A stretch of 64,000 nt of DNA, taken from Candidatus Aenigmatarchaeota archaeon (lineage in GTDB: Archaea; Aenigmatarchaeota; Aenigmatarchaeia; CG10238-14). The number at the start of each line of letters is the position of its first letter. Position 1 is the first letter of the stretch. This document shows positions 47,105-56,443 of this stretch, in pieces. Both the position numbers and the translations under genes were made by a program. Location of the stretch: NCBI GenBank assembly GCA_018920345.1, contig JAHLMN010000009.1, forward strand, positions 23,420 to 87,419. Reading direction: 5' to 3'. Below the pieces are notes generated by a model. It saw only the letters and a list, made by a program, of their open reading frames with translations, searched no databases and was not told where the DNA came from.

Positions 47105-47269
47105 ATGGCTAAATGCTCTTTTTGCAATAAAAAGATATTACCAGGTACAGGAAAGATGTTTGTTCTTAATTCTAATGTTATAAAATATTTTTGTAGTAGA
47201 AAATGTGAAAAAAGTTGGCACATGGGTAGAGATCCTAACAAGCTTAAATGGGCTAAGCCGACTAAATGA
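47105..47269 (+). CDS. rpl24e: 50S ribosomal protein L24e (54 aa; below ORF-track cutoff)
   Basis: Manual translation MAKCSFCNKKILPGTGKMFVLNSNVIKYFCSRKCEKSWHMGRDPNKLKWAK carries the L24e zinc motif. Confidence 0.8.
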   Translation: MAKCSFCNKKILPGTGKMFVLNSNVIKYFCSRKCEKSWHMGRDPNKLKWAKPTK

Positions 47270-47285
47270 TTTTTTGTTAATTTTT

Positions 47286-47304
47286 TAAGATAAATTATAA
47301 AATT
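47286..47304 (+). promoter_or_regulatory. Putative BRE/TATA-like element upstream of tRNA-Ala
   Basis: A-rich TAAGATAAATTATAAAA about 26-40 nt upstream of the tRNA 5' end. Weak call in an AT-rich background. Confidence 0.25.
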
Positions 47305-47329
47305 TGATTTTCTAATAAAAACTATTACA

Positions 47330-47402
47330 GGGCCGGTAGATCAACGGCTAGATCGCTGCCTTGGCATGGCAGAGGCTCTGGGTTCAAATCCCAGCCGGTC
47401 CA
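47330..47402 (+). tRNA. tRNA-Ala (GGC)
   Basis: Acceptor GGGCCGG/CCGGTCC with G3·U70. Anticodon arm CTGCC-TTGGCAT-GGCAG. T-arm CTGGG-TTCAAAT-CCCAG. Confidence 0.85.
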
Positions 47403-47451
47403 TATTAAAATAAAAGATTTAAATATTCATTCGTAATTTATGTGAGTTATT

Positions 47452-47931
47452 ATGGAAGCAAAAGCACAACCTAAGAGCGAATTGAGAGGTATTGTAAGAA
47501 TAGCTAATGTAGACATGAAAGGAGAAAAAAAGCTTTATGTTTCCTTGCAAAGAATAAAAGGTGTTGGTCCGTCAATTGCAAATGCTGTTTGCAAACTTTC
47601 TGGTATGAATAGAAATAGAAAAGTTGGTACTTTAACAGATGAAGAGGTCAAAAAAATTGAAAAGGTGCTTAATGAATTAAAAAATCATGTACCAACATGG
47701 ATGCTTAATAGAAGGGCTGATCCTGAAACAGGTGAAAATTATCATTTGATTGGCTCTAATCTTAAATTTACACATGAGCAAGATATAAAGAAGATGATAG
47801 AGAGAAGGAGCTATAAAGGTGTAAGACATGCATTAGGTTTGCCTGTAAGAGGTCAGAGAACAAGGAGCTCTTTCAGAAAAGGAAGGGCTGTTGGTGTAGT
47901 TAGAAAGAAGCAACAACCTGGTAAAAAGTGA
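47452..47931 (+). CDS. rps13: 30S ribosomal protein S13
   Basis: RIANVDMKGEKKLYVSLQRIKGVGPSIANAV S13 signature. Confidence 0.9.
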   Translation: MEAKAQPKSELRGIVRIANVDMKGEKKLYVSLQRIKGVGPSIANAVCKLSGMNRNRKVGTLTDEEVKKIEKVLNELKNHVPTWMLNRRADPETGENYHLIGSNLKFTHEQDIKKMIERRSYKGVRHALGLPVRGQRTRSSFRKGRAVGVVRKKQQPGKK

Positions 47932-47937
47932 TGAATT

Positions 47938-48426
47938 ATGAGAAAGATAAGAAAAACTTACAGTAAACCAAAAAGACCATGGGACAAAGCTAGAATAGAA
48001 GAAGAAGAAAAGATAATGAAAAAATATGGATTAAGAAGAAAAAGAGAAATATGGAGAGCTGCTGCTTTGCTTAGAAGTTTTAGACAAAGAGCGAGAAATT
48101 TAGCTGCTTTGAAAAATGAAGAGGAAGAAAAAAAGCTTTTGGAAAGATTGTATAGATTGGGTTTGCTTGAAAAAGGTGCTACATTGAATGATGTGTTAAG
48201 CTTGACGGTTGAAGATATTTTGGAAAGAAGATTACAAACTATAGTTGCCAAGAAAGGTTTGGCAAATACTGTAAAGCAAGCTAGACAATATATAGTTCAT
48301 GGTCACATAGGTATTGAAGGAAGAAGAGTAAAGTTTCCAAGTTTTTTAGTAACTAGAGAACTTGAAGACAAGATAGAGTATTATAAATTTCAACCAAAAG
48401 AATTAAAGGTGGAAAACAATGAGTAA
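47938..48426 (+). CDS. rps4: 30S ribosomal protein S4
   Basis: S4 domain ([34 protein letters not shown]). Confidence 0.9.
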   Translation: MRKIRKTYSKPKRPWDKARIEEEEKIMKKYGLRRKREIWRAAALLRSFRQRARNLAALKNEEEEKKLLERLYRLGLLEKGATLNDVLSLTVEDILERRLQTIVAKKGLANTVKQARQYIVHGHIGIEGRRVKFPSFLVTRELEDKIEYYKFQPKELKVENNE

Positions 48427-48862
48427 AAAAGTTGTAAAGAAAGAGAGAGAAAAGAAAACAGAAGTCAAGGCAAGCAAAGAGGGTGCTTGGGGTATTGCCT
48501 ACATATTTTCTACTGTTAATAGCATCATTGTCCATATCACTGACATAACCGGTTCTGAAACAATTGCTAGATGGACTGGAGGTATGATAACAACAAAGGA
48601 TAGAGATCAAGGTAGTCCTTATTCTGCTATGCAAGCAGCTACTAAAGCTGCTCAAGAAGCTATAGAAAAAGGTATAATTGGCGTTCATGTTAAAGTAAGG
48701 GGTAAAGGTGGTCATCATAAAAAATCACCTGGTCCTGGTGCTCAACCAGCTATTAGAGCACTAGTTAGAGCTGGTTTGAAAATAGGTTTAATAGAAGATG
48801 TCACACCTATACCTACTGATACTACAAAGAGAAAGGGCGGTAGAAGAGGAAGAAGAGTATAA
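48419..48862 (+). CDS. rps11: 30S ribosomal protein S11
   Basis: [33 protein letters not shown]11 signature. Confidence 0.9.
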   Translation: MSKKVVKKEREKKTEVKASKEGAWGIAYIFSTVNSIIVHITDITGSETIARWTGGMITTKDRDQGSPYSAMQAATKAAQEAIEKGIIGVHVKVRGKGGHHKKSPGPGAQPAIRALVRAGLKIGLIEDVTPIPTDTTKRKGGRRGRRV

Positions 48863-48864
48863 AC

Positions 48865-49599
48865 TTATAATTTTCTAGCAAAAGTCAACCATCCGGTGTG
48901 CATCAATCCCAGAGTCTTTGGTCTCGTGTAGTCGCTTACTTGCCACTCCCTTTTTATACATTCTATTGTCTTTATTTCAGTAAAAGATAACTGTTCTATT
49001 TTTTGAGTAACTAGCTTTACTTGCTCTATGTATGGTGAATAAACAACGAGCCATCCTCCTCTTTTCAAAGCTTTATATGCATTTTCTATATTCTTTTCAG
49101 CATCCTTCATATCTAGTGTCACCAAATCGACATTTTTCTCTTCTATACCAAGAAGGATGTCTCGGTTTTTTATTTGCAGGTTTTTCAGGCCAATTAGCTT
49201 TGCGTTTTCTTTGGCAACTTTGGCAAACTTTTCGTTTACTTCATAAGATATAACTTTGCCTTTGGGGCAATAATATGCCAAAAAGATACTTAAAAAACCG
49301 GAACCTGAGCCGGCATCTACTATCAAAGCGTCAGGCGACACGCCTGTATAAGCTAGAATCATGCAAGCATCTTGAGGCATAATTATCTGCGGCAATCTCT
49401 TAGCTTTTTTTTCTAATAAATCAATCAAACTAGGCTCTAAAACAACAAATTCTTCTCCTGTATGCGTTTTTATTGTATCTCCTATTTTTTTCTTTCTTAA
49501 TTCTTTTATGTCAATCTGACCAAACTGAGTATTGAATTTGTCAGTATCCAAAGAAACAATATATTTTCTTTTACCTAAAAGCAATCTATATTTTTTCAT
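48865..49599 (-). CDS. trmI: tRNA (adenine-N1)-methyltransferase TrmI/Gcd14 family
   Basis: SAM-binding VDAGSGSGFLSIFLA...KVISYEVNEKFAKVAKEN and the N-terminal beta domain. Confidence 0.65.
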   Translation of the reverse strand: MKKYRLLLGKRKYIVSLDTDKFNTQFGQIDIKELRKKKIGDTIKTHTGEEFVVLEPSLIDLLEKKAKRLPQIIMPQDACMILAYTGVSPDALIVDAGSGSGFLSIFLAYYCPKGKVISYEVNEKFAKVAKENAKLIGLKNLQIKNRDILLGIEEKNVDLVTLDMKDAEKNIENAYKALKRGGWLVVYSPYIEQVKLVTQKIEQLSFTEIKTIECIKREWQVSDYTRPKTLGLMHTGWLTFARKL

Positions 49600-49602
49600 A
49601 AT

Positions 49603-49956
49603 TCAACCTCTTTTGTATTTTTCAAATCTTTGTTTATTTTTTTCTAGTTTTTCCAAATATTCTTTTTCCAAATCAATACCAAGCAAATTTGCTGTGATTA
49701 TAATATAGATGAAACAATCTACTAATTCTTCTATTAATTGCTTCTTTTTTTCTTCTGATATATTTTCTTTTAAATGCTCAAAATCTCTTGAAGCTTTTTT
49801 AACTATATTTGCATATTCTCCTATTTCACCTGTTAAGGCGACCACAAGATATTGCAATCTCTCAATAAATGTTTTTTCATCATTTATTTCCCAAAACTTA
49901 TTGAAAAATTCTTCATCAAATTCTCTCTGTAATCTTTGAATATCTTTAAGTTGCAT
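49603..49956 (-). CDS. MazG-like nucleotide pyrophosphohydrolase
   Basis: All-alpha 117-aa protein with LVVALTGEIGEYANIVKK EExxE-type motif. Confidence 0.55.
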   Translation of the reverse strand: MQLKDIQRLQREFDEEFFNKFWEINDEKTFIERLQYLVVALTGEIGEYANIVKKASRDFEHLKENISEEKKKQLIEELVDCFIYIIITANLLGIDLEKEYLEKLEKNKQRFEKYKRG

Positions 49957-50038
49957 AGATTTTCAAAACTTATTTCAAATTTTAAAAAAATAAAGACATT
50001 GTCAAGTTATTTAAAATTCTTTTCCTTTATTTTTAATT

Positions 50039-50316
50039 GCAAGAGGCTAGATCGGGGTGCTACCGGTACCCTGTTGCCGCAAACCCGGTATACGGCGGGA
50101 TCGAAGCCTGAGGGCGGCTTGGCTTTGGCAGCTAGACCTGGATCTTGAACTGAGAAGCCTTGTCTCCCGGGACAGTGCATATACTGAACCTGGTCAGGCC
50201 CGGAAGGGAGCAGCCATAAAGTATATGCTCCTGTGCTCGCGAGTTAACAAGGTGGAGAACAAGGTCCAGAAAACTCTAGCTGTTGAAGCCATTCCCACCG
50301 ATGGCGCGCCTCTTGC
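50039..50316 (+). ncRNA. ffs: Signal recognition particle (7S/SRP) RNA
   Basis: GC-rich island in an AT-rich genome. Terminal helix GCAAGAGGC...GCCTCTTGC. Near-consensus helix-8 motif GGTCAGGCCCGGAAGGGAGCAGCC. Confidence 0.8.
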
Positions 50317-50362
50317 TTTTTCATAATTAATAATTTTATTAATTGGTTGATACAATAATATT

Positions 50363-51616
50363 TTGATGGTTTTGTTAGATCTTCTTAAACAGTCGATAAC
50401 TAATGAATTATTAAGAGTATTTACAGTATTTTTTGCTTCATTTTTAATATTTAAAATAACTGCCTCTTTAATAAAATTTTTTGCTAAAAAAATTTCTGAA
50501 AGAACTAAAACAGAAGTAGATGATATTATTATAAAAAGATGGTCTGGGCCAATAAATCTTTTATTGTTTGTTGCAAGCGCATACTTGGCATTAAAAGAAA
50601 TTATCTTGCCGCAAAACACATACAACACAATAGAACATATTTTGTTTACTGTATTTTCACTAACTATAGCTTATATAATTTATGTTTTTTTTGATGTAAC
50701 TTTTATTAGATTTGGTAAAAAAATTTCAGAAAAAACTGAAACAGCAATGGATGATACTTTATTAAATATAGCTCATAGCTCTCTAAAAGCTGCATTTATT
50801 GTAATTGCAATTCTTTATACATTAAGCATATGGGGAATAGAAATATCTCCTATTTTAGCAAGTTTAGGTATAGCTGGTATAGCTGTTGCTTTAGCTTTAC
50901 AACAAACTTTATCTAATGTTTTTGCGGGCATTGCATTAATAATGGATAAAACAATAAGAGTAGGTGATATAGTTAAGCTAGATACAGGAGAAATGGGTGA
51001 AATTTACTCTATAAGTTTAAGATCAGTCAGAATAAAAACATTTGATAATGAAATGATAATTATTCCTAACACTGTTGTCGCCAATGCAAAAATACAAAAT
51101 CTGCTTCAACCAGATCCAACAGTAAGAGTCAATATTGATTTTTCTGTTGAATATGGTACAGATCCAGAATATGTGAAAAGAATTGTTTTGGAAGAAATAA
51201 ATACAATGCAAATAATTGATAAAACAAAAGAAATAAGAATATTATTTTTATCGATGGGTGAAAGCTCTTTAAATTTTAGAGTAATGTTTTGGGTTGATCA
51301 TATAGATAAAAGATGGCCTGCTCACCAAGAGGCAATAACAAAAATTTATAGAAGATTATACAAAGAAGGTATAGGTATACCATTTCCACAAAGAACTATA
51401 TGGGTTAGAGAAGATGAATCTAAAGCACCAAATCCTTTTGATGACAAATTTGCAGCAACAAGAGACAAAATATATCCTTGGTTTGGGCATGAAAATGAAC
51501 AAAAAAAGATAGAAGAAATAAAACCAACTAAAGAAAAAATTAGCTTGAAGAATTTTGTTAAAAAAATGAGAAAAATAAAAATATCTAAAAAGCTTAAGAG
51601 AAAAAAGAAGAGTTAA
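50363..51616 (+). CDS. Mechanosensitive channel MscS family (second copy, Lys-rich C-terminal tail)
   Basis: LGIAGIAVALALQQTLSNVFAGIALIMDKTIRVGDIV core. Confidence 0.8.
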   Translation: MMVLLDLLKQSITNELLRVFTVFFASFLIFKITASLIKFFAKKISERTKTEVDDIIIKRWSGPINLLLFVASAYLALKEIILPQNTYNTIEHILFTVFSLTIAYIIYVFFDVTFIRFGKKISEKTETAMDDTLLNIAHSSLKAAFIVIAILYTLSIWGIEISPILASLGIAGIAVALALQQTLSNVFAGIALIMDKTIRVGDIVKLDTGEMGEIYSISLRSVRIKTFDNEMIIIPNTVVANAKIQNLLQPDPTVRVNIDFSVEYGTDPEYVKRIVLEEINTMQIIDKTKEIRILFLSMGESSLNFRVMFWVDHIDKRWPAHQEAITKIYRRLYKEGIGIPFPQRTIWVREDESKAPNPFDDKFAATRDKIYPWFGHENEQKKIEEIKPTKEKISLKNFVKKMRKIKISKKLKRKKKS

Positions 51617-51643
51617 AATATTTGTGAATTTAATTCATTTTTT

Positions 51644-52546
51644 ATGATACCTAAAATTCTTGAAGAAAAAATAAATTTTTTGTATCCTGAAGATGTTGAA
51701 AAATTCAAAAAAATTCATGAGTTTAAAAAATCTATAAGAGTTAATACACTAAAAATTTCAAAAAAAGAACTCGTTGAAAGATTGAAATATAAATTTGAAA
51801 TAGAAGAAATTCCTTGGTGTGATCAAGGTCTTTTTATTAAGGGATATGAAATAACAAATACCATAGAATATTTTTTAGGTTATTATTATATACAAGATTC
51901 TGCAAGTATGATTCCGCCTTTGGTGTTAGAGCCAAAAGAAAATGATTTAGTGCTTGATATAGCTGCTTCACCTGGATCAAAAACAACACAGATAGCGGCT
52001 TTAATGAACAATAAAGGGTTAATAATAGCAAATGATGTCAATATAAAAAGATTGACTGCATTAAGATTTAATTTGCAGAAATGTGGTGTTGTAAATACAA
52101 TTGTAACAAATCTTGATGGAAGATGGATAAATAACTTGAATATAAAATTTGACAAAATACTCGTCGATGCTCCTTGTAGTGCTTCAGGTACATGTATAAC
52201 AAATCCAAATGTGTTTAATTCTTGGGATCAGGGAAAGGTTAATATGCTTAGTAGATTGCAGAAACAATTATTGGAAGCTGCTAGTAAATGTTTGAAAGAG
52301 GGTGGTGTCATAGTTTATTCCACCTGCTCTTTAGATCCTGAAGAAAATGAAGAGGTGATAGATTTTGCAATAAAAAAACTTGGTTTAACAACAGAAAAAA
52401 TAAAGATAAAAAACATTGAAACACGTGAAGCCATTAGAAGTTATAAAAAATTCGAATATGATGATAATGTTAAGAATGCTATTAGAATCAATCCATTTGA
52501 TAATATGACAGAAGGGTTTTTCATATGCAAATTAAGAAAATATTGA
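51644..52546 (+). CDS. RNA cytosine-C5 methyltransferase (NOL1/NOP2/Sun family)
   Basis: SAM motif DIAASPGSKTT. Catalytic DAPCSASGT and TCSL Cys motifs. Confidence 0.8.
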   Translation: MIPKILEEKINFLYPEDVEKFKKIHEFKKSIRVNTLKISKKELVERLKYKFEIEEIPWCDQGLFIKGYEITNTIEYFLGYYYIQDSASMIPPLVLEPKENDLVLDIAASPGSKTTQIAALMNNKGLIIANDVNIKRLTALRFNLQKCGVVNTIVTNLDGRWINNLNIKFDKILVDAPCSASGTCITNPNVFNSWDQGKVNMLSRLQKQLLEAASKCLKEGGVIVYSTCSLDPEENEEVIDFAIKKLGLTTEKIKIKNIETREAIRSYKKFEYDDNVKNAIRINPFDNMTEGFFICKLRKY

Positions 52547-52989
52547 ATTCAAAAGAAACAAAAGAAATTGAAGATATTTTAGAAAAAAATTATAGTTGTA
52601 ATTTTAGATTAAGAGATTATATAGTTATTTTGACATCTGATGATAAAATATGGATTTGCTCAAGAGAAATTGCAAGGATTGAAATTAAAAATTTGAAAAG
52701 AGTTAATGCAATAGGTTTGTATTTTGGTAAATTGAAAAGAAACAATAAAATTCAATTATCTATTGAAGGAAGCATGCTTGTTGGTAAGACAGCAAGAAAA
52801 AATGTTGTTTTAGTTGAAAATATTCAAGAATATATTAGAGGAAAAGATACTTTTGGCATCTGTGAAAATTGTGAAAAAGATAATTTTGTTATTGTAAAAA
52901 ATAAAAATGATTTTTTTGGAAGTGGCATTTTAAGAGAAAATGGAGTAATAGAAAATATATTACCTAAAAGCAGGAGATTTATTGAGTGA
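52525..52989 (+). CDS. Hypothetical RNA-binding protein (possible NIP7/PUA-like)
   Basis: 154-aa protein immediately after the Sun-family MTase, where archaea often encode a Nip7-like PUA protein. The assignment is weak. Confidence 0.3.
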   Translation: MQIKKILNSKETKEIEDILEKNYSCNFRLRDYIVILTSDDKIWICSREIARIEIKNLKRVNAIGLYFGKLKRNNKIQLSIEGSMLVGKTARKNVVLVENIQEYIRGKDTFGICENCEKDNFVIVKNKNDFFGSGILRENGVIENILPKSRRFIE

Positions 52990-54532
52990 TTATTTTATGC
53001 AAATAGAAATTAATGAAAAATTTAAAGAAGCTCTGGATTTAATGGAAAATAGTGACAAACATATATTAATCACAGGTAGGGCTGGAACAGGAAAATCTAC
53101 ATTGCTTGATTATTTCAGAAACAAAACTAAAAAAAATGTTGTTGTATTAGCTCCAACAGGTGTTGCAGCTATTAATGTTAAAGGTGTCACTATTCATTCT
53201 TTTTTCAAATTTAGACCTGATATATCTTTAATCAAAGTAAAAAAAGAAAGAGATAATAGAATATACAGAAATCTTGATGCTATAATAATTGATGAGATTT
53301 CTATGGTTAGAGCTGATTTACTCGATTGTATAGATAAGTTCATGAGATTAAATGGAAAGGAAAAGGACAAACCTTTTGGTGGAGTACAAATGATATTTTT
53401 TGGGGATCTTTATCAATTACCGCCTGTTGTAAAATCAAATGAAAGAAATATATTCAAACAACAATACAAAAGCTCCTATTTTTTTGACTCGAAAATTTTT
53501 CAGAAAATTCAAATAGAATTTATAGAGTTGGAGAAAATTTATAGGCAAAAAGATGAAGATTTTATAAAAATATTGAATTCTATAAGAAATAATTCTTTTA
53601 GTGATGAAGATCTAGCAAAAATAAATAGCAGAGTTTTAATGGATTTTAAAGAAGATCCTAACGATTTTTACATAAGAATAACTTCAACAAAAAAATTGGC
53701 TGAAGAAATAAATGAAAAAAATCTTTCTTTACTTAATGGAAAAATACATGAATATGTCGGTATAATAAAAGGACAATTTCCTGAAAATTATTTACCTATG
53801 GAAAAAAATTTGAAAGTCAAAATTGGAGCTCAAGTAATGCTTTTAAATAATGATAGTCTTGGTAGATGGGTAAATGGAAGTATAGGGAAAGTTGTTGAAA
53901 TAGAAAAAAATGAAGAAGGAAATGATATAATAAGTGTAGAATTATCTAATGGGAAAAAATTTGATATAACACCATTTACATGGAATATTTATGATGCATA
54001 TTTTGATGATTCTAATGAGATTATTGATTACAAAGTTATTGGATCTTTTATTCAATATCCGATGAAGCTTGCATGGGCAATAACAATTCACAAAAGTCAA
54101 GGAAAAACATTTGATAAAGTTATAATAGATGTTGGCAAAGGAGCTTTTGCACACGGTCAGGTTTATGTTGCTTTAAGTAGATGTACTAGTTTGAATGGTA
54201 TTATTCTAAAAAGACCAATAACAAAAAGAGATATAATAGTTGATTGGAGAATTGCAAAATTTCTAACTGATTTAAAATATAAGATATCAGAGAAAGTTTT
54301 ACCTCTAGAAAAGAAGATAAAAATAATAAAAGAATCTATAATTGAAAATAAACAAATAAAGATTATTTATTTAAAACAAAATGACACTAGAATTGAAAGA
54401 TTAATAAAACCATTAAAAATAGGAGAAATGAATTATATGGGAAAAAATTATCTTGGATTGTTAGCATACTGTTTTGAAAGTAGATCAATGAAAACTTTTA
54501 GAGTTGATAGAATCATAGATATCAAACAATAA
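52982..54532 (+). CDS. PIF1/RecD-like SF1 helicase with C-terminal WYL-like domain
   Basis: Walker A GRAGTGKST, VLAPTGVAA, DEISMV and helicase C motifs (ITIHKSQGKTFD, VALSRC). The C-terminal YLGLLAYCFESRSMKTFRVDRI resembles the WYL motif. Confidence 0.65.
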   Translation: MSDYFMQIEINEKFKEALDLMENSDKHILITGRAGTGKSTLLDYFRNKTKKNVVVLAPTGVAAINVKGVTIHSFFKFRPDISLIKVKKERDNRIYRNLDAIIIDEISMVRADLLDCIDKFMRLNGKEKDKPFGGVQMIFFGDLYQLPPVVKSNERNIFKQQYKSSYFFDSKIFQKIQIEFIELEKIYRQKDEDFIKILNSIRNNSFSDEDLAKINSRVLMDFKEDPNDFYIRITSTKKLAEEINEKNLSLLNGKIHEYVGIIKGQFPENYLPMEKNLKVKIGAQVMLLNNDSLGRWVNGSIGKVVEIEKNEEGNDIISVELSNGKKFDITPFTWNIYDAYFDDSNEIIDYKVIGSFIQYPMKLAWAITIHKSQGKTFDKVIIDVGKGAFAHGQVYVALSRCTSLNGIILKRPITKRDIIVDWRIAKFLTDLKYKISEKVLPLEKKIKIIKESIIENKQIKIIYLKQNDTRIERLIKPLKIGEMNYMGKNYLGLLAYCFESRSMKTFRVDRIIDIKQ

Positions 54533-54536
54533 AAAA

Positions 54537-55958
54537 TTGTCTGTTATTATATTATTGATGTCAAAAATTACATTTTTAGGCGGTGTAGAAGAAATAGGAG
54601 GAAACAAGATATTAATAGAAACGAAAAATGAAAAATTTTTTCTTGATTTTGGTTTAAGTTTTTCTAAATTCGGAAAGTTTTATTCTGATTTTCTTCAACC
54701 TAGAGTTTCTAATGGTATAGGAGATTATCTAGAATTAGGAATAATACCTGAAATGAATGGAATATATAGAAATGATTTACTCAAAAATGAAGGAAGAAAA
54801 ACTTTTGATAAGCCAGAAATAGATGGTGTTTTACTTAGTCATGCACATGCTGATCATTCTTCTAATATTGCTTTACTTCATAAAGATATAAGAATTTTTT
54901 GTGGTGAAACAAGTAAAATAATTTTAAAGGCATTACAAGAAACTGGTCAAGGTACATTTAATTCTGACTATTATTGGTATAAAGAGAATTTTGTTAAAAG
55001 AGGTAAAAAACCTCAACATGAAAGAAAATATCATACCTTCAGGACAGGTGATAAATTAAAAATTGGTAATATAGAAATAGAACCTATACATGTAGATCAT
55101 TCTATACCTGGTGCATATGGTTTTATAATTCATACAAATGATGGATCTATATGTTATACAGGTGATTTAAGAGTTCATGGAAACAAAGGTTTTATGACAG
55201 AAGAATTTGTAGAAAAGGCTTCAAGTGAAGAAATAGATATACTTCTATGTGAGGGAACAAAAATAAATGAAAATGAAAAAGGTTTAACCGAAAGTCAAGT
55301 TTTCAATAAAGTTAAAGAAATAATAAAAGAAACAAAAAATTTAGTTTTTGTAAATTTTTCATTAAAAGATGTTGATAGATTGAATACATTCTATAAGGCT
55401 TGTGTTGAATGTGGAAGGGAATTGGTTATTCCAACAAAACTTGCATATTTAATCAAAGAATTTAGGTCTGATAAAAATTTGCAAATACCTAAATTGAACG
55501 ATGTTAAAATATATTTACATAAAACAGGGTGGGGTAGTTATGAACCAGAAGATTATAATTCATGGGAAAGAGACTTGTTTAATTATGAAACAGTAAATGG
55601 AGATGAAGTTAGAAAAATGCAAGAAAAATATGTTGTTTTTATGGATTTCTTTGATTTAAAAGAGTTGATAAATATAAAACCTGAACATGGAAGTGTTTAT
55701 ATATATTCCACATCAGAACCTCATGATGAAGAGCAAGCAATAGACTTCAATAGAATGAAGAATTGGTTAGAGCATTTTAATTTGAAATATTTTACAGCAC
55801 ATGCTTCTGGTCACGCAAATTCTGAAGAAATAAGAGAAATAGTAAAAAGGATTAATGCAAAAAAAGTTGTACCAATACACACAGAGCATCCATTGATGTT
55901 TAAACATTTTGTAAAAAACTTAATTATAGCAAAATATGGAGAAACAATTAACTTTTAG
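54537..55958 (+). CDS. Ribonuclease J-like beta-CASP metallo-beta-lactamase nuclease
   Basis: LGGVEEIGGN, HAHADHSS, HVDHSIPGAYGF...YTGDLR and C-terminal HASGHA...IHTEH motifs. Confidence 0.7.
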   Translation: MSVIILLMSKITFLGGVEEIGGNKILIETKNEKFFLDFGLSFSKFGKFYSDFLQPRVSNGIGDYLELGIIPEMNGIYRNDLLKNEGRKTFDKPEIDGVLLSHAHADHSSNIALLHKDIRIFCGETSKIILKALQETGQGTFNSDYYWYKENFVKRGKKPQHERKYHTFRTGDKLKIGNIEIEPIHVDHSIPGAYGFIIHTNDGSICYTGDLRVHGNKGFMTEEFVEKASSEEIDILLCEGTKINENEKGLTESQVFNKVKEIIKETKNLVFVNFSLKDVDRLNTFYKACVECGRELVIPTKLAYLIKEFRSDKNLQIPKLNDVKIYLHKTGWGSYEPEDYNSWERDLFNYETVNGDEVRKMQEKYVVFMDFFDLKELINIKPEHGSVYIYSTSEPHDEEQAIDFNRMKNWLEHFNLKYFTAHASGHANSEEIREIVKRINAKKVVPIHTEHPLMFKHFVKNLIIAKYGETINF

Positions 55959-56038
55959 CAAATTAAATTGGTTTTTATTTGAGATTATAAAAATGTAAAA
56001 ATTATTTATTCATAAAAATTTAAAATAAATTATATTAT

Positions 56039-56431
56039 ATGCAAAAAATAAATAAAATTCTTGTATTTGGAAATCCTCTAGTTAGAAAGGACAGTCTACC
56101 TCCTTCTTTGATAAGTAGTTTACAAAAAATTTTTCCTAAAATAGAATTCAAAGAATTTGATGCTGTTGAAGATTTACAAAAAGAAGGAAGGAATTTATAT
56201 ATTCTTGATACTGTTGAAGGAATAAAAAAAGTTGAATTAATAACAAACATAGATATTTTAGAAGTAAATAGAATATTGTCTGTTCATGATTTTGATTTAG
56301 CATATACTTTGAAATTAATGAGAAACGCAAATATGATAGATAGAGTAACAATAATAGGAGTTCCTGTTAACATAAGTAAGGAAGAAGCAATAGAACAAAT
56401 AAGAGAAATAATAAACTCGTTAAACAAATAA
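56039..56431 (+). CDS. Putative hydrogenase maturation endopeptidase (HycI/HybD-like)
   Basis: ILVFGNPLVRKDSLP N-terminal motif with downstream His. 130 aa, convergent with the hydrogenase structural genes. Confidence 0.4.
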   Translation: MQKINKILVFGNPLVRKDSLPPSLISSLQKIFPKIEFKEFDAVEDLQKEGRNLYILDTVEGIKKVELITNIDILEVNRILSVHDFDLAYTLKLMRNANMIDRVTIIGVPVNISKEEAIEQIREIINSLNK

Positions 56432-56443
56432 TTTGACAAATTT

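Noticed and set aside
49936-50628. ORFs 49936-50148, 50057-50326, 50194-50628
   Set aside because: They overlap the SRP RNA gene or its flank. Their GC-rich translated content comes from the RNA structure, not coding.
54537-55958. The helicase-plus-MBL nuclease pair was considered as a novel two-gene defence system
   Set aside because: The MBL protein carries the full RNase J/beta-CASP motif set (HAHADH, HSIPG, C-terminal HASGHA…IHTEH) and is most likely the housekeeping archaeal RNase J. Only the helicase-WYL is flagged.
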